The notes: generated by a model from the sequence alone, not told the origin. DNA of 64,000 nucleotides from an uncultured Gaiellaceae bacterium (GCA_963842285.1 CAWJFZ010000011.1:332120-396119); one strand, 5' to 3'. Counted from the stretch's first letter, positions 45,371 through 55,081 are shown. Program-made: numbers and translations.

Positions 45371-47800
45371 CTACTTCGAGGGGCTGACCTCCACGTGCAT
45401 GACGCCGCCCTGCTCGCTCAGGTTGCGGACGGCGATCTGCGTGCCGGTCTTCGGCACGTTCACGCTCATCCACTGCACCTGATGGCGACCGTGGCTGGCG
45501 GCCGTGTGGCCGTCACCCGCGAACCAGTAGGTGTTCAGGTCGTTGAACACCGACACCGGAGCCTGGGCGGGCACCGTCGCCGGCAGGCCTTCCTTGTGCA
45601 GCGTGAACGCCGGGGTCGGCTTGAACCCGAACGCCGAGTCGGCGGAGGTGATGCGCGCCCGCATCAGCTGACCGTCGGCCCAGTGCGGGAACGTCGGATG
45701 TGCGTCCACCGGCAGGGCCTCGCCCTGGCCGGGGTGGTCCGACGTGTTGTTGTCCGTGTACCCGAGGTCCCAGTACCAGACGAGCATGCCCTCGGTGTAC
45801 GGGTGCGTCTCCACCCAGTCGGGCCGTGGGGTGTTCAGGAAGCCGAAGTTGTACGCGGTCTTCAGCGACGTGTCGTAGTCGCGGTACGTCCGGTACTCGG
45901 CGATGTAGTAGTGGTCGTCGACCTTGCTCGTGAAGCCGGGGAACTTGATCCAGCCACCGAGCTCCCAGGCGACGTTGCCCTCGCCGTCGTCGGCGAACAC
46001 CGTGGTGGCGCCGTTCGTCACCTTGAGGTCGTCCCACTCGAAGCCGCGACCGTCGACGAACGGGTCGGTCCAATAGCGGACCTGGAGCTTGACGGACTTG
46101 CCCGCGAAGGCGGACAGGTCGGCCGTCAGGTTGACCCAGGACGGGTTGCCGGAAACCGCGTCACAGACGTCCGGCAGGCCGGAGATGCCCGTGATGCCGC
46201 CGCCCTCGTTCTGCTCGTTCGGGTCAGCAGCGTCCGACTCGGATGTCACGAGGTTCGTCACGTTCGCCCCATCGACGACCTGGACGTACGCGTAGTCCCA
46301 GCACGTCTCGATCGCGTACCAGGCCTTCATCGAGAGGGTCGTCGTCCCGGCCGGAACGGTGAAGCTCGGCGAGAGCATCTTCCGGTCGAGGTCGGGGCCT
46401 GCGCCGCTGTAGTACGCGTTCGTGCCCGAGGTCGGCGCGCCGAACTGCGTGTCGGTGCGGTTCTGCTCGATCGGGAGCTTCATCACGACGGCCTGCTTCG
46501 CGTTCTTCACCGTCGCGCCGATCGGGGCGAGCTTGTGGTTCGACTTCTGGCCGTAGACGGCCTCGTCGTAGGTCAGCCAACCGAGCTGGAACTTGTCCCA
46601 GGCGCTCATGTTGGTCGGGTTGTCACCGATGCCGTCGGGGCCACCGTCGCCGATGTTCGAGCCGGACGACATGAGGTCCCAGAACCCGGTCGAGTTCTCG
46701 CCGCCACCGTTGTTGCCCGAGGTGTCGTAGAGATCCGGCAGGCCGAGGTCGTGCGCGTACTCGTGCGCGAAGACGCCGAGGCCGCCGTTCTCCGGCTGGA
46801 TCGTGTAGTCGCCGACCCAGACACCGGTCGGGTTGCTCGGATGCTGCACTTCGCCATAGCTCGTCGTCGCGTTGTTCGTCGACGTCGAGCCGGCGTTGAA
46901 GCCGATGTTGCCCTGCGGACCCAAGGCGAAGCCGGCGAGGGAGCGATGGCTCCAGATCGCGTCCTCACCCTGCTGCGGGTCACCGGCCGCCTCGTCGCCG
47001 CCCGAATGGACGATCTGGAAGTGGTCGACGAAGCTGTCCGGCTCGTTGAAGTTGCCGTCGCCGTCGGCGTCGTTGCGATCCCACTTGTCGAACGTCGCGA
47101 GGTAGTCGCGAACCTGGGCGAGCGTCTTGCCGGACGCCAGCTCCTGGGCCACCCAGTACGACATCACATCGCGAATCAGGTAGTAGACGTTCGTGCAGAC
47201 GTTGCTGCCGCAGCTGTTGCGGCCGTAACGCGCCTCGTTGAACGGCACCTTGACCCAGCCGTGCACGGCACCGTTGATCGAGTAGCGGTTCGAGGACTGC
47301 GCCTCGTAGTACTCGCGCATCCGCTCGAAGTACATGTTCTCGTAATGGGCCGGGTTGTAGTCGGCCTGCCAGAGCGTCGAGTTGTCGATCACCCGGTTCG
47401 GCTCGGGGATCTGGTTGTGCAGCGGGCCGTTGAAGCCTGCCGCTGCCGGCGTCGGGCGCGTGTCCGGGACGAGGTCCGGGTAGTCGCGGTGCCGCGTGTT
47501 GCCGAACTCGACGAGGACCACGAAGACCGGATCGGTCGCCTCGCGGGCGAGCTCCACGTACTTGCCGCTCTTCGTCTTGTGGACCTTGCCGTTCGCCTTG
47601 CCGGCGAGCTTGGCCTCGAGCGCCTCGCGCTTCAGCGCCGCCTGCTTCTTCATCTGCGGATGCCACAGGATGTGGCTGCCGTTCTTCTTCTCCTTGGCCG
47701 TGCTCCCCTTGGTGGCGTCCGCACCTGCGGACGCACCGGAAACGGCCACGAGCGCGAGCGCGAGAATCGTCGCGCCGAGCGCGGTCCTCCGGACCTTCAT
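45371..47800 (-). CDS. Immune inhibitor A-like (M6 family) secreted zinc metalloprotease
   Basis: ATG 47800 with GGAGAGGAG upstream and signal peptide MKVRRTALGATILALALVAVSGASAGA. The M6 signature HEYAHDLGLPDLYD is present. The 809 aa show no frame break. Confidence 0.9.
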   Translation of the reverse strand: MKVRRTALGATILALALVAVSGASAGADATKGSTAKEKKNGSHILWHPQMKKQAALKREALEAKLAGKANGKVHKTKSGKYVELAREATDPVFVVLVEFGNTRHRDYPDLVPDTRPTPAAAGFNGPLHNQIPEPNRVIDNSTLWQADYNPAHYENMYFERMREYYEAQSSNRYSINGAVHGWVKVPFNEARYGRNSCGSNVCTNVYYLIRDVMSYWVAQELASGKTLAQVRDYLATFDKWDRNDADGDGNFNEPDSFVDHFQIVHSGGDEAAGDPQQGEDAIWSHRSLAGFALGPQGNIGFNAGSTSTNNATTSYGEVQHPSNPTGVWVGDYTIQPENGGLGVFAHEYAHDLGLPDLYDTSGNNGGGENSTGFWDLMSSGSNIGDGGPDGIGDNPTNMSAWDKFQLGWLTYDEAVYGQKSNHKLAPIGATVKNAKQAVVMKLPIEQNRTDTQFGAPTSGTNAYYSGAGPDLDRKMLSPSFTVPAGTTTLSMKAWYAIETCWDYAYVQVVDGANVTNLVTSESDAADPNEQNEGGGITGISGLPDVCDAVSGNPSWVNLTADLSAFAGKSVKLQVRYWTDPFVDGRGFEWDDLKVTNGATTVFADDGEGNVAWELGGWIKFPGFTSKVDDHYYIAEYRTYRDYDTSLKTAYNFGFLNTPRPDWVETHPYTEGMLVWYWDLGYTDNNTSDHPGQGEALPVDAHPTFPHWADGQLMRARITSADSAFGFKPTPAFTLHKEGLPATVPAQAPVSVFNDLNTYWFAGDGHTAASHGRHQVQWMSVNVPKTGTQIAVRNLSEQGGVMHVEVSPSK

Positions 47801-47929
47801 GCGGTCTCCTCTCCCCTTTGTCGAGACATCGCCACGCAGCCGCCGCTCCCCTCCACGACGGTCCCCGCGACCTGGGCACTGTAACGCCGCCTGCATGGAA
47901 CGCAAGCAGCAGTTGCAACGAGGCTCGGC

Positions 47930-49255
47930 CTAGCCGTGCGGCTTGGCCATCGCCCGGTAGTCGAGGGCGGCGTCGAGCGTCGCCTCGTCCACACCGGCCT
48001 CGCGCGCGACCTCGCGCAGCGAGCGGCCGGACGCGGCGGCGGTCTTGACGATCTCGGCCGCCTTGTCGTAGCCGATATAGGGATTGAGCGCCGTCGCGGC
48101 GGCGAGGGTGAGCTCGGCGTAGCGCTCGCACTGCTCGCGATTGGCCTCGATCCCCGAGACGCACTTCTCGTCGAGCAGGCGGCTCGCCGAGGCGAGCAGC
48201 TTGATCGAGTCGAGCAGGTTGCGGGCCATCAGCGGCACGAAGACGTTCAGCTCGAAGTGCCCCTGCAGACCGCCGACGGTGATGGCCGCGTCGTTGCCGA
48301 TCACCTGGGCGGCCACCTGCGTCACGACCTCGGGAATGACGGGGTTGACCTTGCCCGGCATGATCGAGCTGCCCTTCTGCAGCTCGGGCAGGAAGATCTC
48401 TGCGAGGCCGGCTCGCGGGCCGGAGCCCATCAGGCGTAGGTCGTTCGCGATCTTCGTCAGCGAGACGGCGACCGTCTTCAGCGCGCCGGACGCCTCGACG
48501 AGACCGTCGCGGGCGGCCTGCGCCTCGAACGGGTCGGCCGGAGCCGAGATCGGGAGGCCGGTGTCGGCGGCAAGGAGCGCGCGGACGCGCTCGGCGAACT
48601 CGGGGTGCGTGTTGAGCCCCGTGCCGACGGCTGTGCCGCCGAGCGGGATCCGCCCGAGCCGCTCGCGGGCGGCCTCGAGGCGGGCGATTCCCTCCCGCAC
48701 CTGGGCCGCATAGCCCCCGAACTCCTGGCCGAGCGTGACCGGGACGGCGTCCATCAGGTGCGTGCGGCCGGACTTGACCACGTCCTCGAACTCGCGCGCC
48801 TTCGCCTCGAGCGCGCCGGCGAGCCCGTCGAGGGCGGGAAGGAGGTCGTGCTGCAGCTCCCCGAGCGCCGCCAGGTGGACGGCCGACGGGAAGACGTCGT
48901 TCGAGCTCTGCCCCATGTTCACGTCGTCGTTCGGGTGCACGCCGTCGCCTGCGAGCGCGGCGATCACCTCGTTCGCGTTCATGTTCGAGCTCGTGCCGGA
49001 GCCGGTCTGGAAGACGTCGATCGGAAACTGGTCGTCGTGCTCGCCCTCGGCGATCGCATCGCCGGCGGCGGCGATGCGCTCCGCCTTCTCCGCGTCGAGC
49101 AGCCCGAGCTCGGCGTTCGCGCGCGCGGCCGCGGCCTTGATCCGTCCGAGCCACCGCGCCACCGGAACGGGAATCGGCTCGCCGGAGACGGGGAAGTTGG
49201 CGATCGCCTTCTGCGTCTCGCCGCCCCACAGCTCGCGCTTCGCCTCCGTGCTCAT
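47930..49255 (-). CDS. fumC: Fumarate hydratase class II
   Basis: Uninterrupted 441 aa. [17 protein letters not shown], the [11 protein letters not shown] signature and [15 protein letters not shown] are present. Confidence 0.95.
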   Translation of the reverse strand: MSTEAKRELWGGETQKAIANFPVSGEPIPVPVARWLGRIKAAAARANAELGLLDAEKAERIAAAGDAIAEGEHDDQFPIDVFQTGSGTSSNMNANEVIAALAGDGVHPNDDVNMGQSSNDVFPSAVHLAALGELQHDLLPALDGLAGALEAKAREFEDVVKSGRTHLMDAVPVTLGQEFGGYAAQVREGIARLEAARERLGRIPLGGTAVGTGLNTHPEFAERVRALLAADTGLPISAPADPFEAQAARDGLVEASGALKTVAVSLTKIANDLRLMGSGPRAGLAEIFLPELQKGSSIMPGKVNPVIPEVVTQVAAQVIGNDAAITVGGLQGHFELNVFVPLMARNLLDSIKLLASASRLLDEKCVSGIEANREQCERYAELTLAAATALNPYIGYDKAAEIVKTAAASGRSLREVAREAGVDEATLDAALDYRAMAKPHG

Positions 49256-49286
49256 CGAGGCCGAGTCTAGCGGCGAGCGCCCGGCC

Positions 49287-49487
49287 CTAGCCGGTTCGGA
49301 GCTTCAGGCGGCGCTCGAGCGGGCGGTCGCGGAAGAGGCGCCGCGTACGCTCGGTCAGCTCCGTCGCCTCGGCCCAGCCCACGTACGCGCAGCGCGGGCA
49401 CTCGCCCGCTTCCTGGTACCGCCATGGGCCTGGCGTGAAGGAACGCTGGTGGCCGCAGCGGAGGCACTCGACCCTGAGCAGCTCCAT
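49287..49487 (-). CDS. Small zinc-ribbon-like protein (66 aa)
   Basis: [40 protein letters not shown] has two CxxC pairs. It lies downstream of fprA on the same strand. Confidence 0.45.
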   Translation of the reverse strand: MELLRVECLRCGHQRSFTPGPWRYQEAGECPRCAYVGWAEATELTERTRRLFRDRPLERRLKLRTG

Positions 49488-49539
49488 CTCCGAGTTGTCG
49501 GCGCCGAGACCCGCCACGGCGCTCCCTGAGACGAGGGAT

Positions 49540-49564
49540 GCCAAGTAACAGACTGTTACTTGGC
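49540..49564 (-). terminator. Perfect palindrome/hairpin spanning the fprA stop codon
   Basis: GCCAAGTAACA-GAC-TGTTACTTGGC has an 11-bp stem and a 3-nt loop. It is unusually AT-rich for this sequence. No T-tract follows, so it could equally be a protein-binding palindrome. Confidence 0.4.
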
Positions 49565-50896
49565 CGTCTCGGCGGCGCGTGCGGCCGCGAGCAGGTCGTC
49601 CCACGTCGCCAGCTTCACGCGCGGGCGGCCGTGCGGCTCCCCGGCGGCTCGCTCGGTCGCGTCGATCGACTCCCAGCCGGCGTAGAGCACGGCCTCGACG
49701 CCGCGTTCGGCGAGCAGCTCCTCTAGCGAGCCGTCTCCACGCGGCGGCAGCGTTCCCGCACGCGCGTCCTCGAGCACGAGCTGGACCGTCTCGGTCGCGT
49801 CCTTCTTGTTCGTGCCGATCACGCCGCTCGGGCCGCGCTTGATCCAGCCGGCGCAGTAGAGCCCCGGGGCGACCCGGCCGCCCTCGTTCGGGATCGTGCG
49901 CGAGCGCTCGTCGAACGGCACGCCGGGCAACGGGACGCCCTGGTAGCCGACGCTGCGGAAGACGATCCCGCACCGGACGGTCTCGGTCTCCCCGGTCGAG
50001 ACGGCGCGTCCGTCGACGAGCTCGTTGCGCACGAGCTCGATCGCCTCGACGCGGTCCTCACCCAGGATCGCAACGGGGGAGGCGAGGAAGCGCAGGCGGA
50101 TCGCGCGCGGCTTCCCCGTGGGCTCACGGGTCGCGTAGTCGCGCAGGTGCTCGACGTTGCGGCGCACGGTCGGCGCCGCGGCGGCGAGCTCCGTCTCACT
50201 CGCCTCGTCGAGCTCGAGGTCGGCCGGATCGACCAGGATGTCCGCGCCCGCGAGCTCGCCCAGCTCGCCGACCTCGACCGGCGTCCATGCCGCCTGCACC
50301 GGGCCGCGGCGGCCGACGACGAGGATCTCGCGGATGCCGGCGCCGTTGATGGCGTCGATCGCGGCGTCCGTCGTGTCCGTGGTGGCGAGCTCCTCCGGAG
50401 TCAGCGCGAGCATGCGCGCGACGTCGAGCGCGACGTTGCCGTTCCCGACCACGACCGCGCGTTCCCCGGAGAGGTCGAAGGAGAGGTGCTGGAAATCGGG
50501 GTGGCCGTTGTACCAGGCGACGAACTCGGTCGCCGCCCACGAGCCGGGGAGCTCCTCGCCCGGGATGCCGAGGGAACGGTCCGTCTGCGCGCCGACGCTG
50601 TACAGCACGGCGTCGTAGAGGTCGGTCAGCTCCTCGTGCGTGACGTCGCGGCCCACCTCGACGTTGCCGAAGAAGCGAAAGCCCGGCTGCGCAGCGGTCT
50701 TCTCGAACGCACGCGAGACGGCCTTGATGTTGGGATGGTCCGGCGCGACGCCGAGCCGGACGAGCCCCCAGGGCGTGGGCAGCCGCTCGATCAGGTCGAC
50801 CTCGACCTCGACGTCGCTCGCGAGGAGCGCTGCGGCGGCGTAGAAGCCGGCCGGGCCGGAGCCGACGACGGCGACACGGAGGGCGGAGTCGCTCAC
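49556..50896 (-). CDS. fprA: NADPH-ferredoxin reductase, FprA / adrenodoxin-reductase type
   Basis: Uninterrupted 446 aa. By eye it is collinear with mycobacterial FprA: VAVVGSGPAGFYAA, LPTPWGLVR.GVAPDHP, VVGNGNVALDVARML, GWIKRGP.GVIGTNKKDA, ERAAGEPHGRPRVKLA. Confidence 0.92.
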   Translation of the reverse strand: MSDSALRVAVVGSGPAGFYAAAALLASDVEVEVDLIERLPTPWGLVRLGVAPDHPNIKAVSRAFEKTAAQPGFRFFGNVEVGRDVTHEELTDLYDAVLYSVGAQTDRSLGIPGEELPGSWAATEFVAWYNGHPDFQHLSFDLSGERAVVVGNGNVALDVARMLALTPEELATTDTTDAAIDAINGAGIREILVVGRRGPVQAAWTPVEVGELGELAGADILVDPADLELDEASETELAAAAPTVRRNVEHLRDYATREPTGKPRAIRLRFLASPVAILGEDRVEAIELVRNELVDGRAVSTGETETVRCGIVFRSVGYQGVPLPGVPFDERSRTIPNEGGRVAPGLYCAGWIKRGPSGVIGTNKKDATETVQLVLEDARAGTLPPRGDGSLEELLAERGVEAVLYAGWESIDATERAAGEPHGRPRVKLATWDDLLAAARAAETAK

Positions 50897-50976
50897 GGCG
50901 CCGATGCTACGCGTCGGGACGAGCCCAAACGGATACTGCTGGAGCAGGGACGTGTCAGCCGACGAAGGGAGCGACG

Positions 50977-51459
50977 ATGAACAGCCTGGACGATCTGCTC
51001 AAGGGCTCAGGCGGCGGCGGGGGCGGGGGCCTCGGCGATCTGCTCGGAGGGATCCTCGGCGGCGGCGGCGGCCGCGGAGGCAGCCTGGCCGGCGGACAGG
51101 GCGGCGGCATGATGGCGATGCTCCTGCCGCTCGTCGCCTCGATGCTGATGAACGGCGGCCTCCAGAAGATCCTCGGCCGGCTGCAGGCGGGCGGGCGCGC
51201 CGACGAGGCGAACTCGTGGGTCTCGACAGGCGAGAACAAGCCGGTCGACGGCGCGGCCGTGCGCGAGGCGGTTGGCGACGACGAGATCACGAGCATCGCG
51301 ACGCAGCTCGGAGTCAGTGAGGACGAGGCGGCCGAGGCGGTTGCGCGCGTCCTGCCGGACGTCGTCGACCAGGTGACACCGCAGGGCCAGCTGCCGCCCG
51401 ACGACGAGCTCGACGAGAAGTTCGGGCGCCTGCACGAGCTCGGCGGGAGCGGGAGCTAG
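50977..51459 (+). CDS. YidB-family (DUF937) protein
   Basis: 160 aa, uninterrupted. A Gly-rich N-terminal half is followed by ANSWVSTGENKPV....V.EA.G...I..IA.QLGVSEDEAAE.VA.VLP..VDQ.TP.G. Confidence 0.75.
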   Translation: MNSLDDLLKGSGGGGGGGLGDLLGGILGGGGGRGGSLAGGQGGGMMAMLLPLVASMLMNGGLQKILGRLQAGGRADEANSWVSTGENKPVDGAAVREAVGDDEITSIATQLGVSEDEAAEAVARVLPDVVDQVTPQGQLPPDDELDEKFGRLHELGGSGS

Positions 51460-51531
51460 GCGGCGCCGGGCCAGTACGAGACGTGAACGAGGTGGAGCGG
51501 CGCTTCACGGTCGGCTGATCAGTGGGCGGGC

Positions 51532-51590
51532 GGGACGCCGAAGGCGTCCCCTTCAGGGGTCTTGCCGTGGCATGGCTTGGCCATGCCACG
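51532..51590. terminator. Two adjacent hairpins between convergent genes
   Basis: GGGACGCC-GAA-GGCGTCCC (51532-51550) and CGTGGCATGGC-TTG-GCCATGCCACG (51566-51590, 11-bp perfect stem) lie between the yidB-like and erpA-like genes. Confidence 0.55.
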
Positions 51591-51647
51591 CAGCTCTTGA
51601 CTTCGCGCGGGCGCGGGCTTAGCCCGTGCTCGCTGCGCAGGCTAGTG

Positions 51648-52058
51648 CTAGTGCGAGCAGCCGGAGCCGCAGGCGCCCCCGTGGGCGTCTGTGGCTTCCT
51701 CGCCCTCGGCGACCGTGAACGAGTGCCCGCAGCCACACGAGGCCTGGGCGTTCGGGTTCTCGATCTTGAAGCCGGACTCCTGCAGACCGCTGAGGAAGTC
51801 GACCGTCGCGCCCTTCAGGTAGGGGGCGCTGTGCGGGTCGACCACGACGGTGACGCCGTGCTGCTCGGTGACGAGGTCGTCGTCGACCGCCCCCGAGTCG
51901 AAGCCGAGCCCGTACTGGAAGCCCGAGCAGCCGCCGCCCTGGATGGCGACGCGCAGAACGAGCGCCTCCTCCGGGTCCTCGGCCATCAGCTCCTTGATCT
52001 TCACCGCCGCACCGGGGGTGAGCGAGACGAGCGTGGTCGTATCCTCTGCGAGCTCCAT
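51648..52058 (-). CDS. Fe-S cluster insertion protein (ErpA/IscA/HesB A-type carrier) with Cys/His-rich tail
   Basis: ATG 52058. GGGCSGFQYG and the C-terminal CGCGHSF cluster ligands are present. A 22-aa extension TVAEGEEATDAHGGACGSGCSH follows. Confidence 0.88.
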   Translation of the reverse strand: MELAEDTTTLVSLTPGAAVKIKELMAEDPEEALVLRVAIQGGGCSGFQYGLGFDSGAVDDDLVTEQHGVTVVVDPHSAPYLKGATVDFLSGLQESGFKIENPNAQASCGCGHSFTVAEGEEATDAHGGACGSGCSH

Positions 52059-52194
52059 TGATTCTGATCGTAGCAGGGTGGTCAACGGGCACCCGCGCGG
52101 CCGAGTTTGTAACACGTCACAGCGGCACCGCTAAGCCGTTTGTGCGTTCCTTCGTGCTACCCCTCGGCACCCTGCTACGTTTCGCGCGACGCCC

Positions 52195-52557
52195 ATGCTC
52201 GGCGACTACTTTCCCCTCCTCGTGTATGCGTTCTTCGCCGCGGTGATCCCGGCCTCGATGATCGCGTTCTCGTTCATCTTCGCCACCAGACCGAAGCGCC
52301 GCGTGAAGGCCCGCTTCCTCCCCTTCGAGTCGGGCGTCTCGCAGGGAGCGCCCGACCAGCAGCGCTTCACGATCAGCTTCTACCTGACGGCGATGCTCTT
52401 CATCCTCTTCGACATCGAGATCGTCTTCCTCTACCCGCTCGCGATCGTGCTCGAGCCGCTGGGGTGGTTCGGGCTCTGGGAGTTCCTCGTCTTCATCGCC
52501 GTCCTCGGCGTCGCGTACGTCTACATCTGGCGTAAAGGCGCGCTGGAGTGGAAGTAG
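52195..52557 (+). CDS. nuoA: NADH-quinone oxidoreductase subunit A
   Basis: 120 aa with three TM segments. FESG......Q.RF.I.FYL.AMLFILFDIEIVFLYP is present. Confidence 0.92.
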   Translation: MLGDYFPLLVYAFFAAVIPASMIAFSFIFATRPKRRVKARFLPFESGVSQGAPDQQRFTISFYLTAMLFILFDIEIVFLYPLAIVLEPLGWFGLWEFLVFIAVLGVAYVYIWRKGALEWK

Positions 52558-52575
52558 AGAGCGTGGAAGTAGAGA
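52548..52575 (+). repeat. 15-bp-period tandem duplication at the nuoA/nuoB junction
   Basis: GTGGAAGTAGAGA occurs at 52548-52560 and again, perfectly, at 52563-52575. The first copy contains the last codons and the TAG stop of nuoA. Confidence 0.9.
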
Positions 52576-52579
52576 ACCC

Positions 52580-53189
52580 ATGGCGCTAGACGACTCCATC
52601 GACCCAAAGCGCGTCGCGAAGCGGCCGCTCGCCCGCGCCGGGCTGAAGACCGAGCGCCTGCTCGTGGCCGACCAAGGGGCCGGGCGCCTTCGAGCAGGAG
52701 GTGGAGAACCTCGAGGACGCGCTCGGGCTGTCCACGCTCGAGAAGGCGGTCGCGTGGGCGCAGACGAACTCGATGTGGCCGGACACCTTCGGGCTCGCGT
52801 GCTGCGCGATCGAGATGATGTCGATCGTCTCCTCGCGCTACGACATCGCGCGCTTCGGGATGGAGCGCTTCAGCTCCTCCCCGCGCCAGGCCGACCTGCT
52901 GATCGTCTCGGGGCGTGTCTCGCACAAGATGTCCTCGCCGCTGCGCCAGGTCTACGACCAGATGCTCGAGCCGAAGTGGGTGATCGCGATGGGCGCCTGC
53001 GCGAGCTCCGGCGGGATGTTCAACAACTACACGACCCTCCAGGGCGTGGACAAGATCGTCCCGGTCGACATCTACGTCCCCGGCTGCCCGCCGCGCCCGG
53101 AGGCGCTGATGGAGGGGATCATCCGCCTGCACGAGGCCGTCTCGGCCGGCGTGCCCCCCGCGTACCAGATCCGCGGGGTCGGGGTCTAG
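52580..53189 (+). CDS. nuoB: NADH-quinone oxidoreductase subunit B
   Basis: The core is ORF 52701..53189: [48 protein letters not shown] and [10 protein letters not shown]. An N-terminal extension from ATG 52580 is possible but requires a frame change near 52690. Confidence 0.9.
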
Positions 53190-53191
53190 CC

Positions 53192-53734
53192 GTGTACGAG
53201 GGCGTGCCGGGGCTGGTGGAGACCCGCGAAGCGCACGGCGAGACGACGCTCGTCGTCGATCCGGCCCGGCTCGTCGACGCCTGCCTGCACCTGCGGGACG
53301 AGGAGGGCTTCAACTTCCTCTCCGACGTCTCGCCCGCCGACTACCTCGGCTGGGGCGAGAAGGGCGTCGCCGGCTACATCGGCACCACAGCGGGACGCGA
53401 CCTGAACGCGCCCGGCTCCCAGGGCTACGCCAAGCGGCCGGAGCCGAAGCCGAAGCGCTTCTCGGTCAGCTACCACCTGCTCACGGTCGCGGACGCGCCC
53501 CGGCGCGTGCGCGTGCAGGTGTGGGTCGACGACGGCGAGGCGGTGCCGAGCGTCGTGCCCGTGTGGCCGACGGCCGACTGGCACGAGCGCGAGGCCTGGG
53601 ACCTGATGGGGATCCCGTTCGAGGGCCACCCGAACCTCACCCGCATCCTGCTCGAGGACGACTGGGAGGGGCACCCGCTGCGCAAGGACTATCCGATCGG
53701 CGGCGAGCCGGTGCGCTTCTCGGAGGCCGAGTAA
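53192..53734 (+). CDS. nuoC: NADH-quinone oxidoreductase subunit C
   Basis: GTG 53192. VPSVVPVWPTADWHEREAWDLMGIPFEGHPNLTRILL.DDWEGHPLRKDYP is present. The 180 aa are uninterrupted. Confidence 0.9.
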   Translation: MYEGVPGLVETREAHGETTLVVDPARLVDACLHLRDEEGFNFLSDVSPADYLGWGEKGVAGYIGTTAGRDLNAPGSQGYAKRPEPKPKRFSVSYHLLTVADAPRRVRVQVWVDDGEAVPSVVPVWPTADWHEREAWDLMGIPFEGHPNLTRILLEDDWEGHPLRKDYPIGGEPVRFSEAE

Positions 53735-53737
53735 GGC

Positions 53738-55081
53738 GTGGCGCAGTCGTCGACCGGCGCGCGCGCGCCGCGCCAGTCTACCGAGTCGGCATCGCTTGCA
53801 TCCCGCCTGGAACGCGAGTCACCGACGAGTGCCTCGTCGAGCGCCGCATCACAGGGCACACGCATCCCGCAGCCGATCCGACGGCTCCGCCGATCCGGCC
53901 GAGGTGCCGCTCGACTGATGACGATCAACTTCGGGCCGAACCACCCGTCCACACACGGCGTGCTGCGCCTCGTCGTCGACCTGAACGGCGAGAAGGTCGT
54001 GGGGATCGCGGCGGTGATCGGCTACCTGCACACGGGCTTCGAGAAGAACATGGAGGCCAAGACGTGGTGGAAGGCGATCACGTACCCGGAGCGGATCGAC
54101 TACCTCTCCTTCCAGGCGAACGAGCTCGTCTTCGTGCTCGCGATCGAGAAGCTGCTCGAGATCGACGTGCCGCGCAAGGCCACCTGGATGCGCATGTGCC
54201 TCGCCGAGCTGAACCGGATCCACTCGCACCTGGTCTGGCTCGGCACGGGCGGGCTCGAGCTGGGCGCGATCTCGATGTTCTGGTACGCCTTCCGCGAGCG
54301 CGACCTGATCCTCGACCTCTTCGAGATGGTCACCGGGGTGCGCATGCACACGCGCTACTTCCAGGCCGGCGGGCTCGCCGAGGACATCCCGCGCGGCTTC
54401 TACGCCCAGGCGCGCGCGTTCTGCGAGCGGATGCCGAAGGCGGTCGACGAGTACGAGGCGATCCTCTCCCGGAACGCGATCTGGCTGGAGCGCACGCGGG
54501 GGATCGGGCTCCTGTCCACCGACGACGCGATCGCGCTCGGCCAGTCCGGCCCGATGCTGCGGGCGTCGGGCGTGAACTGGGACCTGCGCCGCAACGAGCC
54601 CTACCTCTTCTACGACCAGGTCGACTTCGACGTGCCCGTCTACCACGGCGGCGACGTCTACGACCGCTACCGGGTGCACATGGACGAGATGCGGGAGTCG
54701 GTGCGGATCGTCTCGCAGTGCATCGAGCGGCTCGAGGGGATGGAGGGCGAGCCGTGGATCTCGGACGACCGCAAGGTGGTGCTGCCGCCGCGCGAGGAGC
54801 TGCACACCTCGATGGAGTCGCTGATCCACCACTTCAAGATCGTCACCGAGGGCTACCGCGTGCCCGAGGGCGAGATCTACGTGACGATCGAGTCGCCGCG
54901 GGGCGAGGCAGGCTGCTACGTCGTCTCGGACGGCGGGCCGAAGCCCTGGCGGGTCAAGTTCCGCGCACCCTCGTTCGCCGCCCTCGAGGCGACCGCGACC
55001 TGCATGCACGACGCGGCCGTCGCGGACATGATCGCGATCGCGGCCTCGCTCGACCCCGTCATGGGAGACGTCGACCGGTGA
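53738..55081 (+). CDS. nuoD: NADH-quinone oxidoreductase subunit D
   Basis: MTINFGPNHPSTHGVLRLVV, IGYLHTGFEK, ELNRIHSHLVWLGT and the C-terminal DPVMGDVDR are present. The first ~60 aa from GTG 53738 are Ser/Arg-rich and may be mis-framed, so the true start is uncertain. Confidence 0.92.
   Translation: MAQSSTGARAPRQSTESASLASRLERESPTSASSSAASQGTRIPQPIRRLRRSGRGAARLMTINFGPNHPSTHGVLRLVVDLNGEKVVGIAAVIGYLHTGFEKNMEAKTWWKAITYPERIDYLSFQANELVFVLAIEKLLEIDVPRKATWMRMCLAELNRIHSHLVWLGTGGLELGAISMFWYAFRERDLILDLFEMVTGVRMHTRYFQAGGLAEDIPRGFYAQARAFCERMPKAVDEYEAILSRNAIWLERTRGIGLLSTDDAIALGQSGPMLRASGVNWDLRRNEPYLFYDQVDFDVPVYHGGDVYDRYRVHMDEMRESVRIVSQCIERLEGMEGEPWISDDRKVVLPPREELHTSMESLIHHFKIVTEGYRVPEGEIYVTIESPRGEAGCYVVSDGGPKPWRVKFRAPSFAALEATATCMHDAAVADMIAIAASLDPVMGDVDR

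Noticed and set aside
50995-51115. GGC/GGG-rich tandem-repeat-looking stretch.
   Set aside because: It lies inside the YidB-family ORF and simply encodes its Gly-rich N-terminal segment (GSGGGGGGGLGDLLGGILGGGGGRGG). This is coding low complexity, not a repeat element.
52059-52194. Sigma-70-type promoter upstream of nuoA (TTGTAA ... spacing ... GCTAAG).
   Set aside because: The -10 candidate is poor, and several alternative alignments are equally weak. The match is too speculative to annotate as a feature.
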